64,000 nucleotides of DNA from an uncultured Actinomycetota bacterium (lineage in GTDB: Bacteria > Actinomycetota > Actinomycetes > Mycobacteriales > Nakamurellaceae): the NCBI GenBank assembly GCA_963844455.1, contig CAWJOH010000015.1, positions 265,210 to 329,209 on the forward strand, given 5' to 3'. Shown here piece after piece: positions 20,392-29,992 of the stretch. Numbering within the stretch: the stretch's first letter is position 1; each line of letters begins with the position of its first letter. Both the position numbers and the translations under genes were made by a program. The notes under the pieces were generated by a model, which saw only the letters and a program-made list of their open reading frames with translations, searched no databases and had not been told where the DNA came from.

Positions 20392-21501
20392 TCAGCGCTC
20401 CGCGGCGGCGAGCTGGCCGCACGCGGCGGCGATCTCCCGGCCGCGGGTGTCCCGGACCGTGCATGCAACGCCGGCCGCCCGGATCCGGCGTACGAACTCG
20501 TCCTGGACCGGCCGCGGCGAGGCGTCCCACGCGCTGCCGGGGGTCGGGTTGAGCGGGATCAGGTTGACGTGCACGAGCCGGTCGAGGTGCCGGCGCAGCA
20601 GCGCGGCCAGCGCATCCGCCCGCCACGGTTGGTCGTTGACGTCCCTGATCAGCGCGTACTCGATCGACACCCGGCGGCCCGTGGCGTCCGCGTAACCGCG
20701 CGCCGCACGCAGCACCGCGTCCACCGGCCACCGCTCGTTGACGGGCACCAGCGTGTCGCGCAGCTCGTCGTCGGGGCAGTGCAGCGAGACCGCGAGCCGG
20801 ACCTGCAGGCCCTCGGCGGTCAGCCGCTCGATCCCCGGCACCAGTCCGACCGTCGACACGGTGACCGATCGGGCGGAGATGCCGAGGCCGCGCGGGACGG
20901 GCGAGGTGATCATCCGGACCGCGGCGAGCAGGCGCTTGTAGTTGGCCAGCGGCTCGCCCATGCCCATGAACACGACGTTCGACAGCCGGCCGGGGCCGCC
21001 GAGGGCACCGTCCCGGGCCGCCCGGGCGGCGAGCCGCACCTGCTCGACGATCTCCCCCGCCGACAGGTTGCGCTCCAGCCCGCCCTGCCCCGTCGCGCAG
21101 AACGGACAGGCCATCCCGCAGCCGGCCTGGCTCGACACGCACAGCGTGATCCGGTCGGGATAGCGCATCAGCACGGACTCGATCAGCGTGCCGTCGTGCG
21201 CCCGCCACAACGTCTTCCGCGTGTCCCCGGCGTCGCACGCGATCGACCGCACCTCGGTCAGCAGTTCCGGCAGCAGGGCGTCGACGAACGCCGCCCTGCC
21301 GTCCGCCGGCAGGTCGGTCATCTCGGCGGGATCCCGGGTCAGCCCGCCGAAGTAGTGCCGCGCGAGCTGATCCGCGCGGTACGCCGGTTGACCGGCGTCG
21401 CGAACCGCCCCGGCGCGCGCGGCGGCATCGAGGTCGGCGAGGTGGGTGGGCGGCGGTGTTCGGCGCGGGGCCGTGAAGACCAGCGGCAGGGAGCGGCTCA
21501 T
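20392..21501 (-). CDS. rlmN: 23S rRNA m2A2503 methyltransferase RlmN
   Basis: [15 protein letters not shown] radical-SAM motif, MGMGEP, SLH, AACGQL. Confidence 0.96.
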   Translation of the reverse strand: MSRSLPLVFTAPRRTPPPTHLADLDAAARAGAVRDAGQPAYRADQLARHYFGGLTRDPAEMTDLPADGRAAFVDALLPELLTEVRSIACDAGDTRKTLWRAHDGTLIESVLMRYPDRITLCVSSQAGCGMACPFCATGQGGLERNLSAGEIVEQVRLAARAARDGALGGPGRLSNVVFMGMGEPLANYKRLLAAVRMITSPVPRGLGISARSVTVSTVGLVPGIERLTAEGLQVRLAVSLHCPDDELRDTLVPVNERWPVDAVLRAARGYADATGRRVSIEYALIRDVNDQPWRADALAALLRRHLDRLVHVNLIPLNPTPGSAWDASPRPVQDEFVRRIRAAGVACTVRDTRGREIAAACGQLAAAER

Positions 21502-21723
21502 GTCGCATCGAGTGTCCCACGGCCCATCTGCGGCACGGTTGCGTAACGATTTACTGGTGTCACTCTGGTCACATGCGTCACGGGTCGGCCGTCAGCCCGA
21601 TCCGCGCGGCGGACGGGCGTCCGCCGCGGGATCTGAGCGGCGTTGACGAGAGGTCGAGGCCGACAAACCGACATGAACCCACAGGCAGCTGCGCCCGTTT
21701 GCTTCCGAATGCATCCGAACATG

Positions 21724-21752
21724 TTGACATCACGCGCTGGAGCCGATAGAAC
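21724..21752 (+). promoter_or_regulatory. Putative sigma-A promoter of the fru operon
   Basis: TTGACA-N17-TAGAAC, preceded by CCGACA/CCGAA repeats (21660-21720) that may be DeoR operators. Confidence 0.55.
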
Positions 21753-21924
21753 TGACATCAGCTGTGGCGGAGGACACCCTCCCGAGTCGCACAGATGAGC
21801 CCGGGGAGCCACGATTTAGCAGCATCGCCGGGGCGCCGCCGGAGTTCCCGCCCCGCGGCGCCGCGCGAGACCGATCCGGACCGCCCCACCCGCCCGCACC
21901 AAGACCGACGACGACGGAGTCGAC

Positions 21925-22686
21925 ATGTACGCACCGGAGCGACAGCAGGCCATCCTCGGCCGCGCGCGCTCCGCGGGCCGGGTCGAGGTCAACGAGCTGG
22001 CCGACTCCTTCGACGTGACGCCGGAGACGATCCGCCGCGACCTCACGAGCCTGGAGCGTCGCGGAGTGCTGCGGCGCGTGCACGGCGGCGCGATCCCGGT
22101 CGAGCGGCTCGGCATCGAGCCGGCCGTGGACGACCGCTACGAGCGGAATGCCGCCGAGAAGGAGCGGATCGCCAAGGCGGCGCTGGACCAACTGCCCGAC
22201 GGCGGCTCGCTGATCCTCGACGCCGGCACCACGACCGTCCGATTCGCGGAGATGCTGCCGGCCGATCGGGCGTTCACCGTCGTCACCCACGCCCTCCCGG
22301 TCGCCATGGTGCTGGCCAGGAATCCGTCGATCACGCTGCACCTGATCGGCGGCCAGGTCCGGCCGGGCACTCTGGCCGCGGTGGGCAGCTGGGCCGAGCG
22401 CGAGCTGGCGGACGTGCTGGCGGACGTGGTGTTCGCCGGCACCAACGGGATCAGCGCCGCCCGGGGGCTCAGCACGCCGGACATCGCCGAGGCCGCCGTG
22501 AAGCGGGCGCTGATCCGGGCGGCCCGCCGCACGGTGGTGCTCGCGGACCACAGCAAGTTCGGGCGGGACGAGTTCGCCCAGGTTGCCGACCTCGCCGAGG
22601 TCGACACGATCATCACGGACAGCGAGGTGGATCCCGACATGGCCCGCGAGATCGAGGACGCCGGCCCGGAGGTGATCCGGGTATGA
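21925..22686 (+). CDS. fruR: DeoR/GlpR-family repressor (FruR-like)
   Basis: ETIRRDL HTH, RVHGGA, LDAGTT, LADHSKF; first gene of the fructose PTS operon. Confidence 0.88.
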   Translation: MYAPERQQAILGRARSAGRVEVNELADSFDVTPETIRRDLTSLERRGVLRRVHGGAIPVERLGIEPAVDDRYERNAAEKERIAKAALDQLPDGGSLILDAGTTTVRFAEMLPADRAFTVVTHALPVAMVLARNPSITLHLIGGQVRPGTLAAVGSWAERELADVLADVVFAGTNGISAARGLSTPDIAEAAVKRALIRAARRTVVLADHSKFGRDEFAQVADLAEVDTIITDSEVDPDMAREIEDAGPEVIRV

Positions 22687-23672
22687 CCGCATCGGACGCC
22701 GGCTTCCTCCCGGTCGTCACCGTCACTCCGAACCCCAGCCTGGACCACACGGTCGAGGTCGACGTGCTGGAACGCGGCGAGGTGCAACGGACCAGTCACG
22801 CACTGGTCGAGGCGGGCGGCAAGGGCGTCAACGTCGCCAGGGTGCTGGCCAAGCACGGGCACCCGGCGACCGCGATCCTGCCGGCCGGCGACGACGCCCA
22901 GCGGATGATCGGACTGCTGACCCCGCAACAGGTCTCGACGATCCCCGTGCTGATCGACGGGGCCATCCGGACGAACATCGCCGTCGTGGAGTCCGACGGC
23001 ACGACCACCAAGCTGAACGAGCCGGGGGCGCAGCTGACCGCGGAGAACGTCGACGCCCTGCTCGCCGCGGTCGACGAGCAGGTCACGGCACAGCTGTCGG
23101 GAGGCGGCTGGCTGGTCGCGGCCGGCAGCCTGCCGTCCGGCGCGCCGGACGACTTCTACGCCAGGGTCGCGCGTTCAGCGGTCGCCGCCGGCATCCCGGT
23201 GGCGATCGACACGTCCGGCGCGGCGCTGGCCGCCGCGGTGGACGGCGGCGCCACGGTGATCAAGCCGAACCTCGAGGAGCTCGAGGAGATCCTCGGCCGC
23301 GACCTGGTCACCGTCGGCGACGTCGTGGACGCCGCGGCCGAGCTGCGGGAGCGCGGCTGCCGGGACCTGCTGGTGAGCATGGGCGGGCACGGCGCCCTGC
23401 TGATCACCGAGGAGGGGTCGTGGTGGGCCGGCGGCCCACCACTGATCCCGAGGAGCACCGTCGGCGCGGGTGACTGCACCCTCTCCGGCTACCTGCACAC
23501 GGTCGGCACGCCCGCGGAGCGGCTCGCCGGCGCGGTCGCCTGGGGGCGCGCCGCCTGCATGCTGCCGGGTTCGACCGTTCCCGGTCCCGAAGAAACATCG
23601 ACCAGCGGCGGCGCGGTCCGCGTCGTCGCACATCCGGATCCCCTCCAACCAGTGAAGGACGTCGCGTCATGA
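22683..23672 (+). CDS. fruK: 1-phosphofructokinase (PfkB family)
   Basis: VTPNPSLD, AGGKGVNVA, GSLP, IKPN, STVGAGD; ATG overlaps the fruR stop. Confidence 0.9.
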   Translation: MTASDAGFLPVVTVTPNPSLDHTVEVDVLERGEVQRTSHALVEAGGKGVNVARVLAKHGHPATAILPAGDDAQRMIGLLTPQQVSTIPVLIDGAIRTNIAVVESDGTTTKLNEPGAQLTAENVDALLAAVDEQVTAQLSGGGWLVAAGSLPSGAPDDFYARVARSAVAAGIPVAIDTSGAALAAAVDGGATVIKPNLEELEEILGRDLVTVGDVVDAAAELRERGCRDLLVSMGGHGALLITEEGSWWAGGPPLIPRSTVGAGDCTLSGYLHTVGTPAERLAGAVAWGRAACMLPGSTVPGPEETSTSGGAVRVVAHPDPLQPVKDVAS

Positions 23673-24121
23673 CAGACCTCATCACCGAAGAGCTGGTCGT
23701 TCTCGACCTCGTCGCCACGGACAAGGCGGATGCCACGCGGCAGATCGCCCAGAAGCTGCAGGCGGCGGGCCGGGTGACCGACTTGGAGGGCTTCCTGGCC
23801 GACGTCGCGGCCCGGGAGGCGCAGATGGCCACCGGCATGCCCGGTGGCGTGGGTCTGCCGCACGCCCGCTCCGAGCACGTCACCGTGCCCAGCCTCGGGC
23901 TGGCCAGGGTGCCCGGCGGTGTCGACTTCGGCGCGCCGGACGGGCCGGCCACCCTGGTGTTCCTCATCGCCGCACCCGCCGGCGGCGGCTCGGAGCACCT
24001 CACCATCCTCGCGGCGCTGGCCCGCAGGCTGGTTCGTCCCGCGTTCCGCCAGACCATCATCGACGCCCCCGACGCGAAGTCGGTGGCCTCGTTCGTGCAG
24101 GGAGAGGTGGCAGGGCAATGA
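23669..24121 (+). CDS. PTS fructose EIIA
   Basis: REAQMATGMPGGVGLPHAR, DFGAPDGPA, HLTILAALAR. Confidence 0.92.
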   Translation: MTDLITEELVVLDLVATDKADATRQIAQKLQAAGRVTDLEGFLADVAAREAQMATGMPGGVGLPHARSEHVTVPSLGLARVPGGVDFGAPDGPATLVFLIAAPAGGGSEHLTILAALARRLVRPAFRQTIIDAPDAKSVASFVQGEVAGQ

Positions 24122-25638
24122 AGTTCGTCGCTGTGACGTCGTGCCCGACGGGCATCGCGCACACCTACATGGCGGCCGAGAACCTGGAGCAGTCCGGCAA
24201 GGCCGCCGGTCACGACGTGCAGGTCGAGACGCAGGGTTCCGCGGGGTCGGTCCCGCTGGATCCCGCGGTCATCGCCGCTGCCGACGGCGTCATCTACGCC
24301 GCCGACCTGCCGGTCCGCGACAAGGAGCGGTTCGCCGGCAAGCCGTTCGTCGACGTCGGCGTCAAGAAGGCGGTGCATGACGGCCCCGGCGTGATCGCCG
24401 CGGCGGTCGAGGCCGTCGAGTCCGGCGGCGGCGCGTCGCTCGAGCACATCGACGCGTCCGGCAACGAGGTGGCCGCCGTCGGCGCGAGCTCGTCGCCGGG
24501 GCCGGCCACCAAGGTGAAGTCCGGTGCCAGCGTGGGTAGCAGGGTGCGTCAGTACCTGATGACCGGCGTGTCGTACATGATCCCGTTCGTCGCCGCGGGC
24601 GGCATCCTGATCGCCCTGTCCTTCCTGCTCGGCGGGTATCAGATCACCACGGTCACCGCGCAGGACGTGATCGACGGGTTCAACCCGTTGTCCGGCCAGG
24701 AATGGGCCGGCCTGATGTTCGTCGTCGGCGGCACGGCGTTCAGCTTCCTGGTGCCCGTGCTCTCGGGGTTCATCGCCTTCGCCATCGCGGACCGGCCCGG
24801 CATCACCCCGGGCTTCGTCGGCGGCACGCTGGCCGTCGCGACCGGCGCGGGCTTCCTCGGCGGCCTGGCCACCGGCTTCATCGCCGGCTTCCTGGCCCTG
24901 TGGATGAGCCGCTGGAAGGTGCCGAAGGCGGTCCGCGGCGTCATGCCGGTCGTCGTGGTCCCGCTGCTGGCGACCTTCCTGACCGGCCTGATCATGCTGG
25001 TCGTCATCGGCAAGCCGATCAAGTGGCTGATGGACACCCTGTCGACGGCGCTCCTGAGCCTCACCGGCGCCAGCGCGATCCTGCTCGGCGTCCTGCTCGG
25101 CCTGATGATGGGCTTCGATCTCGGCGGCCCGATCAACAAGGTCGCGTACGTGTTCGCCACGACCGGCCTGGCCGCGGTGGCGCTGGACGAGTCCGGCGCG
25201 AACGATCCGCGGCTGCAGATCATGGCCGCGGTGATGGCCGCCGGCATGACCCCGCCGCTCGGCCTCGCGCTCGCCACGGTCCTGCGCAAGCGCCTGTTCA
25301 CCGAACCGGAGATCGAGAACGGCAAGGCCGCCTGGATCCTCGGGGCGTCGTTCATCACGGAGGGGGCGATACCGTTCGCCGCCGCCGCTCCGCTTCGGGT
25401 CATCCCGGCCACCATGCTGGGATCCGCGATCACCGGCGGCCTGGTCATGGCGTTCGGCAACACCCTGCGCGCGCCGCACGGTGGCATCTGGGTGGTCGCG
25501 CTGATCTCCTCGCCGCTGCTGTACCTGCTCGCCGTGGCGATCGGCACCGTGGTGACGGCGTTCGCCGTCATCTTCCTCAAGGGTCTCGGGGTCAAGTCGG
25601 CGACGAGCGCGCCGGCCGGGGTACCGGTCAACGCCTGA
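24118..25638 (+). CDS. fruA: PTS fructose EIIBC
   Basis: CPTGIAHTYMAAE, VETQG, LMTGVSYMIPFV, DLGGPINK, FITEGAIPFA, APHGG. Confidence 0.94.
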   Translation: MKFVAVTSCPTGIAHTYMAAENLEQSGKAAGHDVQVETQGSAGSVPLDPAVIAAADGVIYAADLPVRDKERFAGKPFVDVGVKKAVHDGPGVIAAAVEAVESGGGASLEHIDASGNEVAAVGASSSPGPATKVKSGASVGSRVRQYLMTGVSYMIPFVAAGGILIALSFLLGGYQITTVTAQDVIDGFNPLSGQEWAGLMFVVGGTAFSFLVPVLSGFIAFAIADRPGITPGFVGGTLAVATGAGFLGGLATGFIAGFLALWMSRWKVPKAVRGVMPVVVVPLLATFLTGLIMLVVIGKPIKWLMDTLSTALLSLTGASAILLGVLLGLMMGFDLGGPINKVAYVFATTGLAAVALDESGANDPRLQIMAAVMAAGMTPPLGLALATVLRKRLFTEPEIENGKAAWILGASFITEGAIPFAAAAPLRVIPATMLGSAITGGLVMAFGNTLRAPHGGIWVVALISSPLLYLLAVAIGTVVTAFAVIFLKGLGVKSATSAPAGVPVNA

Positions 25639-25685
25639 GGTACACCGGAACCGACCTGATGGGGCACCCTCACAGTGCATGACTG

Positions 25686-25721
25686 CGCCGGGGCTGCGAC
25701 GATGTCGTCGCAGCCCCGGCG
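25686..25721. terminator. Strong hairpin between fruA and ptsH
   Basis: CGCCGGGGCTGCGACGA-TG-TCGTCGCAGCCCCGGCG, 17-bp perfect arms; no U tract. Confidence 0.6.
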
Positions 25722-25807
25722 GCAGATTCGGGGTCGAGAGTTGTGCCCCGTCGATCCGGCACCGCCCCGGTTCTCGTCCGGTTGTCCGTCACAGTGAGGA
25801 GCACTGA

Positions 25808-26080
25808 ATGCCCAGCCGCACCGTCAAGGTCGCATCCCGCGTAGGGCTGCACGCCCGGCCCGCGTCCCTGTTCGTCCAGGCAGTGAACGCCACGGGACTG
25901 CCCGTGACGATCGCCAAGTCCGGTGGGGATCCGGTGGATGCCAGGAGCATCCTCATGGTGATGGGGTTGGGTGTCGGCAACAACGACGAGGTGACCCTCG
26001 AGGCCGAGGGCGACGGCGCCGATGCCGCGCTCGACCAGCTGGTGGACCTGCTCGAGATCGACCACGACGCGCCGGCCTGA
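25808..26080 (+). CDS. ptsH: Phosphocarrier protein HPr
   Basis: GLHARPA (His15) and DARSIL (Ser46). Confidence 0.95.
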   Translation: MPSRTVKVASRVGLHARPASLFVQAVNATGLPVTIAKSGGDPVDARSILMVMGLGVGNNDEVTLEAEGDGADAALDQLVDLLEIDHDAPA

Positions 26081-26185
26081 TCCGCACCGGCCGCCTACCG
26101 TGCTCCGGCGGGCCGCGGCGGGCGCCACCGCTCCCCCGGGACCCGACCGGCCAGACATCCGAGATGACAGGAGTTGACCTGCGCT

Positions 26186-27934
26186 ATGTCCTCCACCACG
26201 TCCGACCCGACGGCCTCGACGACCTCGACCGCCGGTACGACAGCCGGGGCCGCCGGCACGGGTGATGCGCTGACCGGCGTCGGCGTCGGTCGCGGCGCGG
26301 CGGTGGGCTCGGTCGTCAAGCTCGCCGCGCCGGTCAGGGCGCCCGCCACCGAGGCCGCGGCCTCGAACCTGGACCAGGCGCAGGATCTGGTCCGCAAGTC
26401 CTTCGACTTCGTCGCCACCAACCTGCGCGTGCGCGCTGCGGCCGCCGAGTCGACGGTCGCCGCCGTGCTCGAGGCGACGTCCCTGATGGCCCAGGATCCC
26501 GGCCTGATCGCCGACGTCGAGCGCCGGATGAAGGGCGGGGTCGGGCCGGCGAACGCGGTCGACCAGGCGGTCGAGGGCTTCTGCAAGATCCTCGAGATGA
26601 GCGGCGGCTACATGGCCGAGCGGGTGACCGACCTGCGCGACGTGCGCGACCGCATCGTCGCCCAGGTGCTGGGCGTGCCGCCGCCCGGACTGCCCAAGAT
26701 GACCAAGCCCTCGGTGGTGGTCGCCGCGGACCTGGCCCCGGCCGACACCGCGACGCTCGATCTCGATCACGTGGTCGCCATCGTCACCGAGCTGGGCGGC
26801 CCGACCAGCCACACCGCGATCATCGCCGCGCAGCTGAACCTGCCGTGCGTGGTGCGCGTCGCGGGCGCGCTCGGCCTGCAGGACGACGACGTGGTCGCGG
26901 TCGACGCGGCGAGCGGCACGGTCACCAAGGACCCCGACCAGGCGACGCAGGACGAGATCGTCGCCAGGGCGAGTGCCAAGGCGGCCCTCAAGACAGCCAC
27001 CGGCGGTGCGGGAAAGACGAAGGACGGCAAGGCCGTTCAGCTGCTGGCCAACATCGGCAAGGTCGAGGACGCGGAGCGCGCCGCCAAGGAGGACGTCGAG
27101 GGCGTCGGGCTGTTCCGCACCGAGGTGCTCTTCCTCGACCAGGCGAAGGCGCCCACCGTCGCGGAGCAGGTGACCGCCTACACGCGCGTGTTCAAAGCCT
27201 TCGGAGACCGCAAGGTGGTCGTCCGCACGCTGGATGCCGGCGCCGACAAGCCGCTGGCCTTCGCGCCCAGCGAGGAGGAGGAGAACCCGGCCCTGGGGGT
27301 CCGCGGGCTCCGGATGGACAAGCGCTATCCGCAGCTGCTGGACGACCAGCTGACCGCTATCGCCCAGGCGACCAAGGACACCGGCGCCAAGACGTGGGTG
27401 ATGGCGCCGATGGTGTCGACGGTCCACGAAGCGGCGGCCTTCGAGGCGCAGGTCAAGTCGCACGGGCTGCCCGTCGGCGGGATCATGATCGAGGTGCCGG
27501 CCGCCGCGCTGCGCGCTCCGCACCTCATCGAGAAGGTCGACTTCTTCTCCATCGGCACCAACGACCTGACCCAGTACGCGATGGCCACCGACCGGATGGC
27601 CGGCGAGCTGGCCGAGCTGCTGGACCCGTGGCAGCCGGCGGTGCTCGACCTGATCGCGATGGCGGGCGACGCCGGCAAGAAGGCAGACAAGCCGGTCGGC
27701 GTGTGCGGCGAGGCCGCGCGCGACCCGCTGCTGGCGCTGGTGCTCGTCGGGCTGGGCATCACCAGCCTGTCGATGGCCCCCAACGGCGTGCCCGCGGTGC
27801 GATTCGCACTGTCCCGCACCACCTCCGCGGAGTGCGAGAAGATGGCCGATGCGGCGCGCGGAGCCATCGACGCGGCGGCCGCACGCGCGGCCGTGGAGAA
27901 GCTGATCGATCCCGAGGTGATGCTCGCCATCTAG
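26186..27934 (+). CDS. ptsI: PTS enzyme I
   Basis: GGPTSHTAI phospho-His, GLFRTE, RTLDAGADK, NPALGVRG, MIEVP, SIGTNDLTQY, GVCGE. Confidence 0.96.
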   Translation: MSSTTSDPTASTTSTAGTTAGAAGTGDALTGVGVGRGAAVGSVVKLAAPVRAPATEAAASNLDQAQDLVRKSFDFVATNLRVRAAAAESTVAAVLEATSLMAQDPGLIADVERRMKGGVGPANAVDQAVEGFCKILEMSGGYMAERVTDLRDVRDRIVAQVLGVPPPGLPKMTKPSVVVAADLAPADTATLDLDHVVAIVTELGGPTSHTAIIAAQLNLPCVVRVAGALGLQDDDVVAVDAASGTVTKDPDQATQDEIVARASAKAALKTATGGAGKTKDGKAVQLLANIGKVEDAERAAKEDVEGVGLFRTEVLFLDQAKAPTVAEQVTAYTRVFKAFGDRKVVVRTLDAGADKPLAFAPSEEEENPALGVRGLRMDKRYPQLLDDQLTAIAQATKDTGAKTWVMAPMVSTVHEAAAFEAQVKSHGLPVGGIMIEVPAAALRAPHLIEKVDFFSIGTNDLTQYAMATDRMAGELAELLDPWQPAVLDLIAMAGDAGKKADKPVGVCGEAARDPLLALVLVGLGITSLSMAPNGVPAVRFALSRTTSAECEKMADAARGAIDAAAARAAVEKLIDPEVMLAI

Positions 27935-28066
27935 GTGGTGAGGCAGGCGCGGCTCCGCCGTGGTTGCGACGGCACCGACGGCCGACGAGCATCACCGGCT
28001 CGAGGCCGGCCGGCCCGATGAGCACGGCGGGGGGCTGCGATCAGCCGGCCGGCCCCTGCGCGGTCC

Positions 28067-28852
28067 TCAGCGGGTGAGCACGCCCCCGTTGACGTCGATC
28101 GACGCACCGGTGATGTACTTCGCCTCGTCCGACGCGAGGAACACCACCGCGTTCGCGATGTCCTCCGGGTCACCCGCCTTCTTCAGCGGCGTCTTGCCCC
28201 ATTCGATGTCGCGCATCTCCTCGAAGGTGATCCCGCGGTTGTCGGCCTCCGCGCGCAGCGCGTCCTGGTGCATGGTCGTGTTGATCATGCCCGGCGAGAC
28301 CGAGTTCACCGTGATGTTCGCGTCGGCCAGCTCGAGCGCGAGGGACGACGCGTAGCTGATGACGCCGGCCTTCGACGCGTTGTAGGAGGTGAAGTAGGCG
28401 ACGCCGTGCCGGCCGTAGTACGAGCCGATCAGCACGATCCGCCCCCAGCCGTTGGCGCGCAGGTGCGGGACGAACGCGCGGGTCGTCAGGAACGGCCCGC
28501 GGAGGTTGACCCCCATCACCCGGTCCCACTCGGCGACGTCGAGATTCTCCGCCAGGTTGGCGGTCTGCACGACGCCCGCGATGTGCGCGAGCACGTCGAC
28601 GTGGCCGAGCTCGTCCACCACGCGCTTCGCCAGCGCGACGCTGGCGTCCGGGTCGGTGATGTCGTGCACCGCCGCGAAGCCGCCGGCGGTGGGGTGGTCC
28701 GCGACCAGCTGGGCGTGCTCCTCCAGCACCGTCTGCTTGACGTCGGTCATCACGACCGTCGCGCCCTCGCCGGCGAAGAGCTCGGCGGTCACCCGCCCGA
28801 TGCCCTGGGCGGCGCCGACCACGACGACGACCCGTCCCTCGAACTTGCCCAT
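28067..28852 (-). CDS. Classical short-chain dehydrogenase/reductase
   Basis: GAAQGIG, YNASK catalytic motif, NSVSPG, DVNGG. Confidence 0.92.
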   Translation of the reverse strand: MGKFEGRVVVVVGAAQGIGRVTAELFAGEGATVVMTDVKQTVLEEHAQLVADHPTAGGFAAVHDITDPDASVALAKRVVDELGHVDVLAHIAGVVQTANLAENLDVAEWDRVMGVNLRGPFLTTRAFVPHLRANGWGRIVLIGSYYGRHGVAYFTSYNASKAGVISYASSLALELADANITVNSVSPGMINTTMHQDALRAEADNRGITFEEMRDIEWGKTPLKKAGDPEDIANAVVFLASDEAKYITGASIDVNGGVLTR

Positions 28853-28922
28853 CTGTGACGACCTTTCGTGTTGCGGGGTGGATGGTTGCCACCGCCGGAC
28901 GCGCCGGCGGTGCGTGCCTCGG

Positions 28923-29939
28923 CTACTTGATCAGCCCGTAGCGGCGCCGATCGATGGTCAGCGCGACCGCCGCGATGACCACGACTCCCTTGACCACGAG
29001 TTGTGTATAGGGATCGACGCTCGTGATGTCCATGCCGCTGCCCAGGATGACGATGACCAGCGCGCCGAGCAGGGTCCGCTGCGGGCCGCCGACGCCGCCG
29101 GACAGGGCCGTGCCGCCGACCACCACGGCGGCGATCGAGTCGAGCAGCTCCCCGCTCGCGCCCAGCGGCACGCCGGTCTGCGCCTGGCCGGTCAGGATGA
29201 TGCCCGCCATCGCCGCGATCACCCCGGCGAGCGCGAAGACGCCGAGCTTCACCGGGACCACCCGGACGCCGGCGAGCTTGGCGGCCCGCTCGTTGCCGCC
29301 GACGGCGTAGATGTGCCGGCCGAAGGTGGTGGCGAAGGCCACCACCGTGAGCACCAGGACGAGCAGCAGCGCGATCACGGCGCCGTTTGGCACCTTGGGA
29401 ATGGTCGTCTTGTTGACCAGGCTGTTCAGCGCGGTCGAGGCGAACGAGACGGGCCCGCCCTCCGAGATGGTGTTGGAGATGCCGTCGAGTATCGACAGCA
29501 TCCCGAGTGTCACCAGGAACGACGGCACCTTGAGCTGGGTGGTGATCAGGCCGTTCACCAGGCCGACGAGGCCGCCGATGAGCAGGCACAGTGCGATGGC
29601 GCCCACCGCGCCCATGTCGTCGATCCAGGTCGCGACGAGGATGCCGGCCAGCGTCGCGTTCGACGCGACCGACAGGTCGATGCCGCCGATCAGGATGACG
29701 AACGTGCCGGCGAGCGCCAGCACGGTCAGGAACGACATCTGCCGCATGATGTTCTCGGCCGAGTTCGCCGTCAGGAACGACGGCTCCCGGATGCCGAAGT
29801 AGACCACCAGCAGGATCAGCGCGACGATCGGGATCAGCACGTTCTTTTGCCGGCGCAGCTGCGCCAGGAACCTGTTGTGCTCCGGGGGCGTGGCCGCCCC
29901 GCCGTCGCCGGGTGTCAGCTGGATCGCGCTGCTCGCCAC
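28923..29939 (-). CDS. Sugar-type (RbsC family) ABC permease
   Basis: GGIDLSV, PSFLVTLG, FGRHIYAVGGN, ELLDSIAAVVVGGT; the real gene is the 3' part of ORF 28923..30938. Confidence 0.92.
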   Translation of the reverse strand: MASSAIQLTPGDGGAATPPEHNRFLAQLRRQKNVLIPIVALILLVVYFGIREPSFLTANSAENIMRQMSFLTVLALAGTFVILIGGIDLSVASNATLAGILVATWIDDMGAVGAIALCLLIGGLVGLVNGLITTQLKVPSFLVTLGMLSILDGISNTISEGGPVSFASTALNSLVNKTTIPKVPNGAVIALLLVLVLTVVAFATTFGRHIYAVGGNERAAKLAGVRVVPVKLGVFALAGVIAAMAGIILTGQAQTGVPLGASGELLDSIAAVVVGGTALSGGVGGPQRTLLGALVIVILGSGMDITSVDPYTQLVVKGVVVIAAVALTIDRRRYGLIK

Positions 29940-29992
29940 GGTCGTCCTCCAGGATCGGGTCTCTCGGTCGGGTGATGGTCTGCGATCGCGGA

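Noticed and set aside
21795-23672. 625-aa ORF suggesting a regulator-kinase fusion
   Set aside because: The N-part is off-frame to fruR; fruK starts at the ATG overlapping the fruR stop
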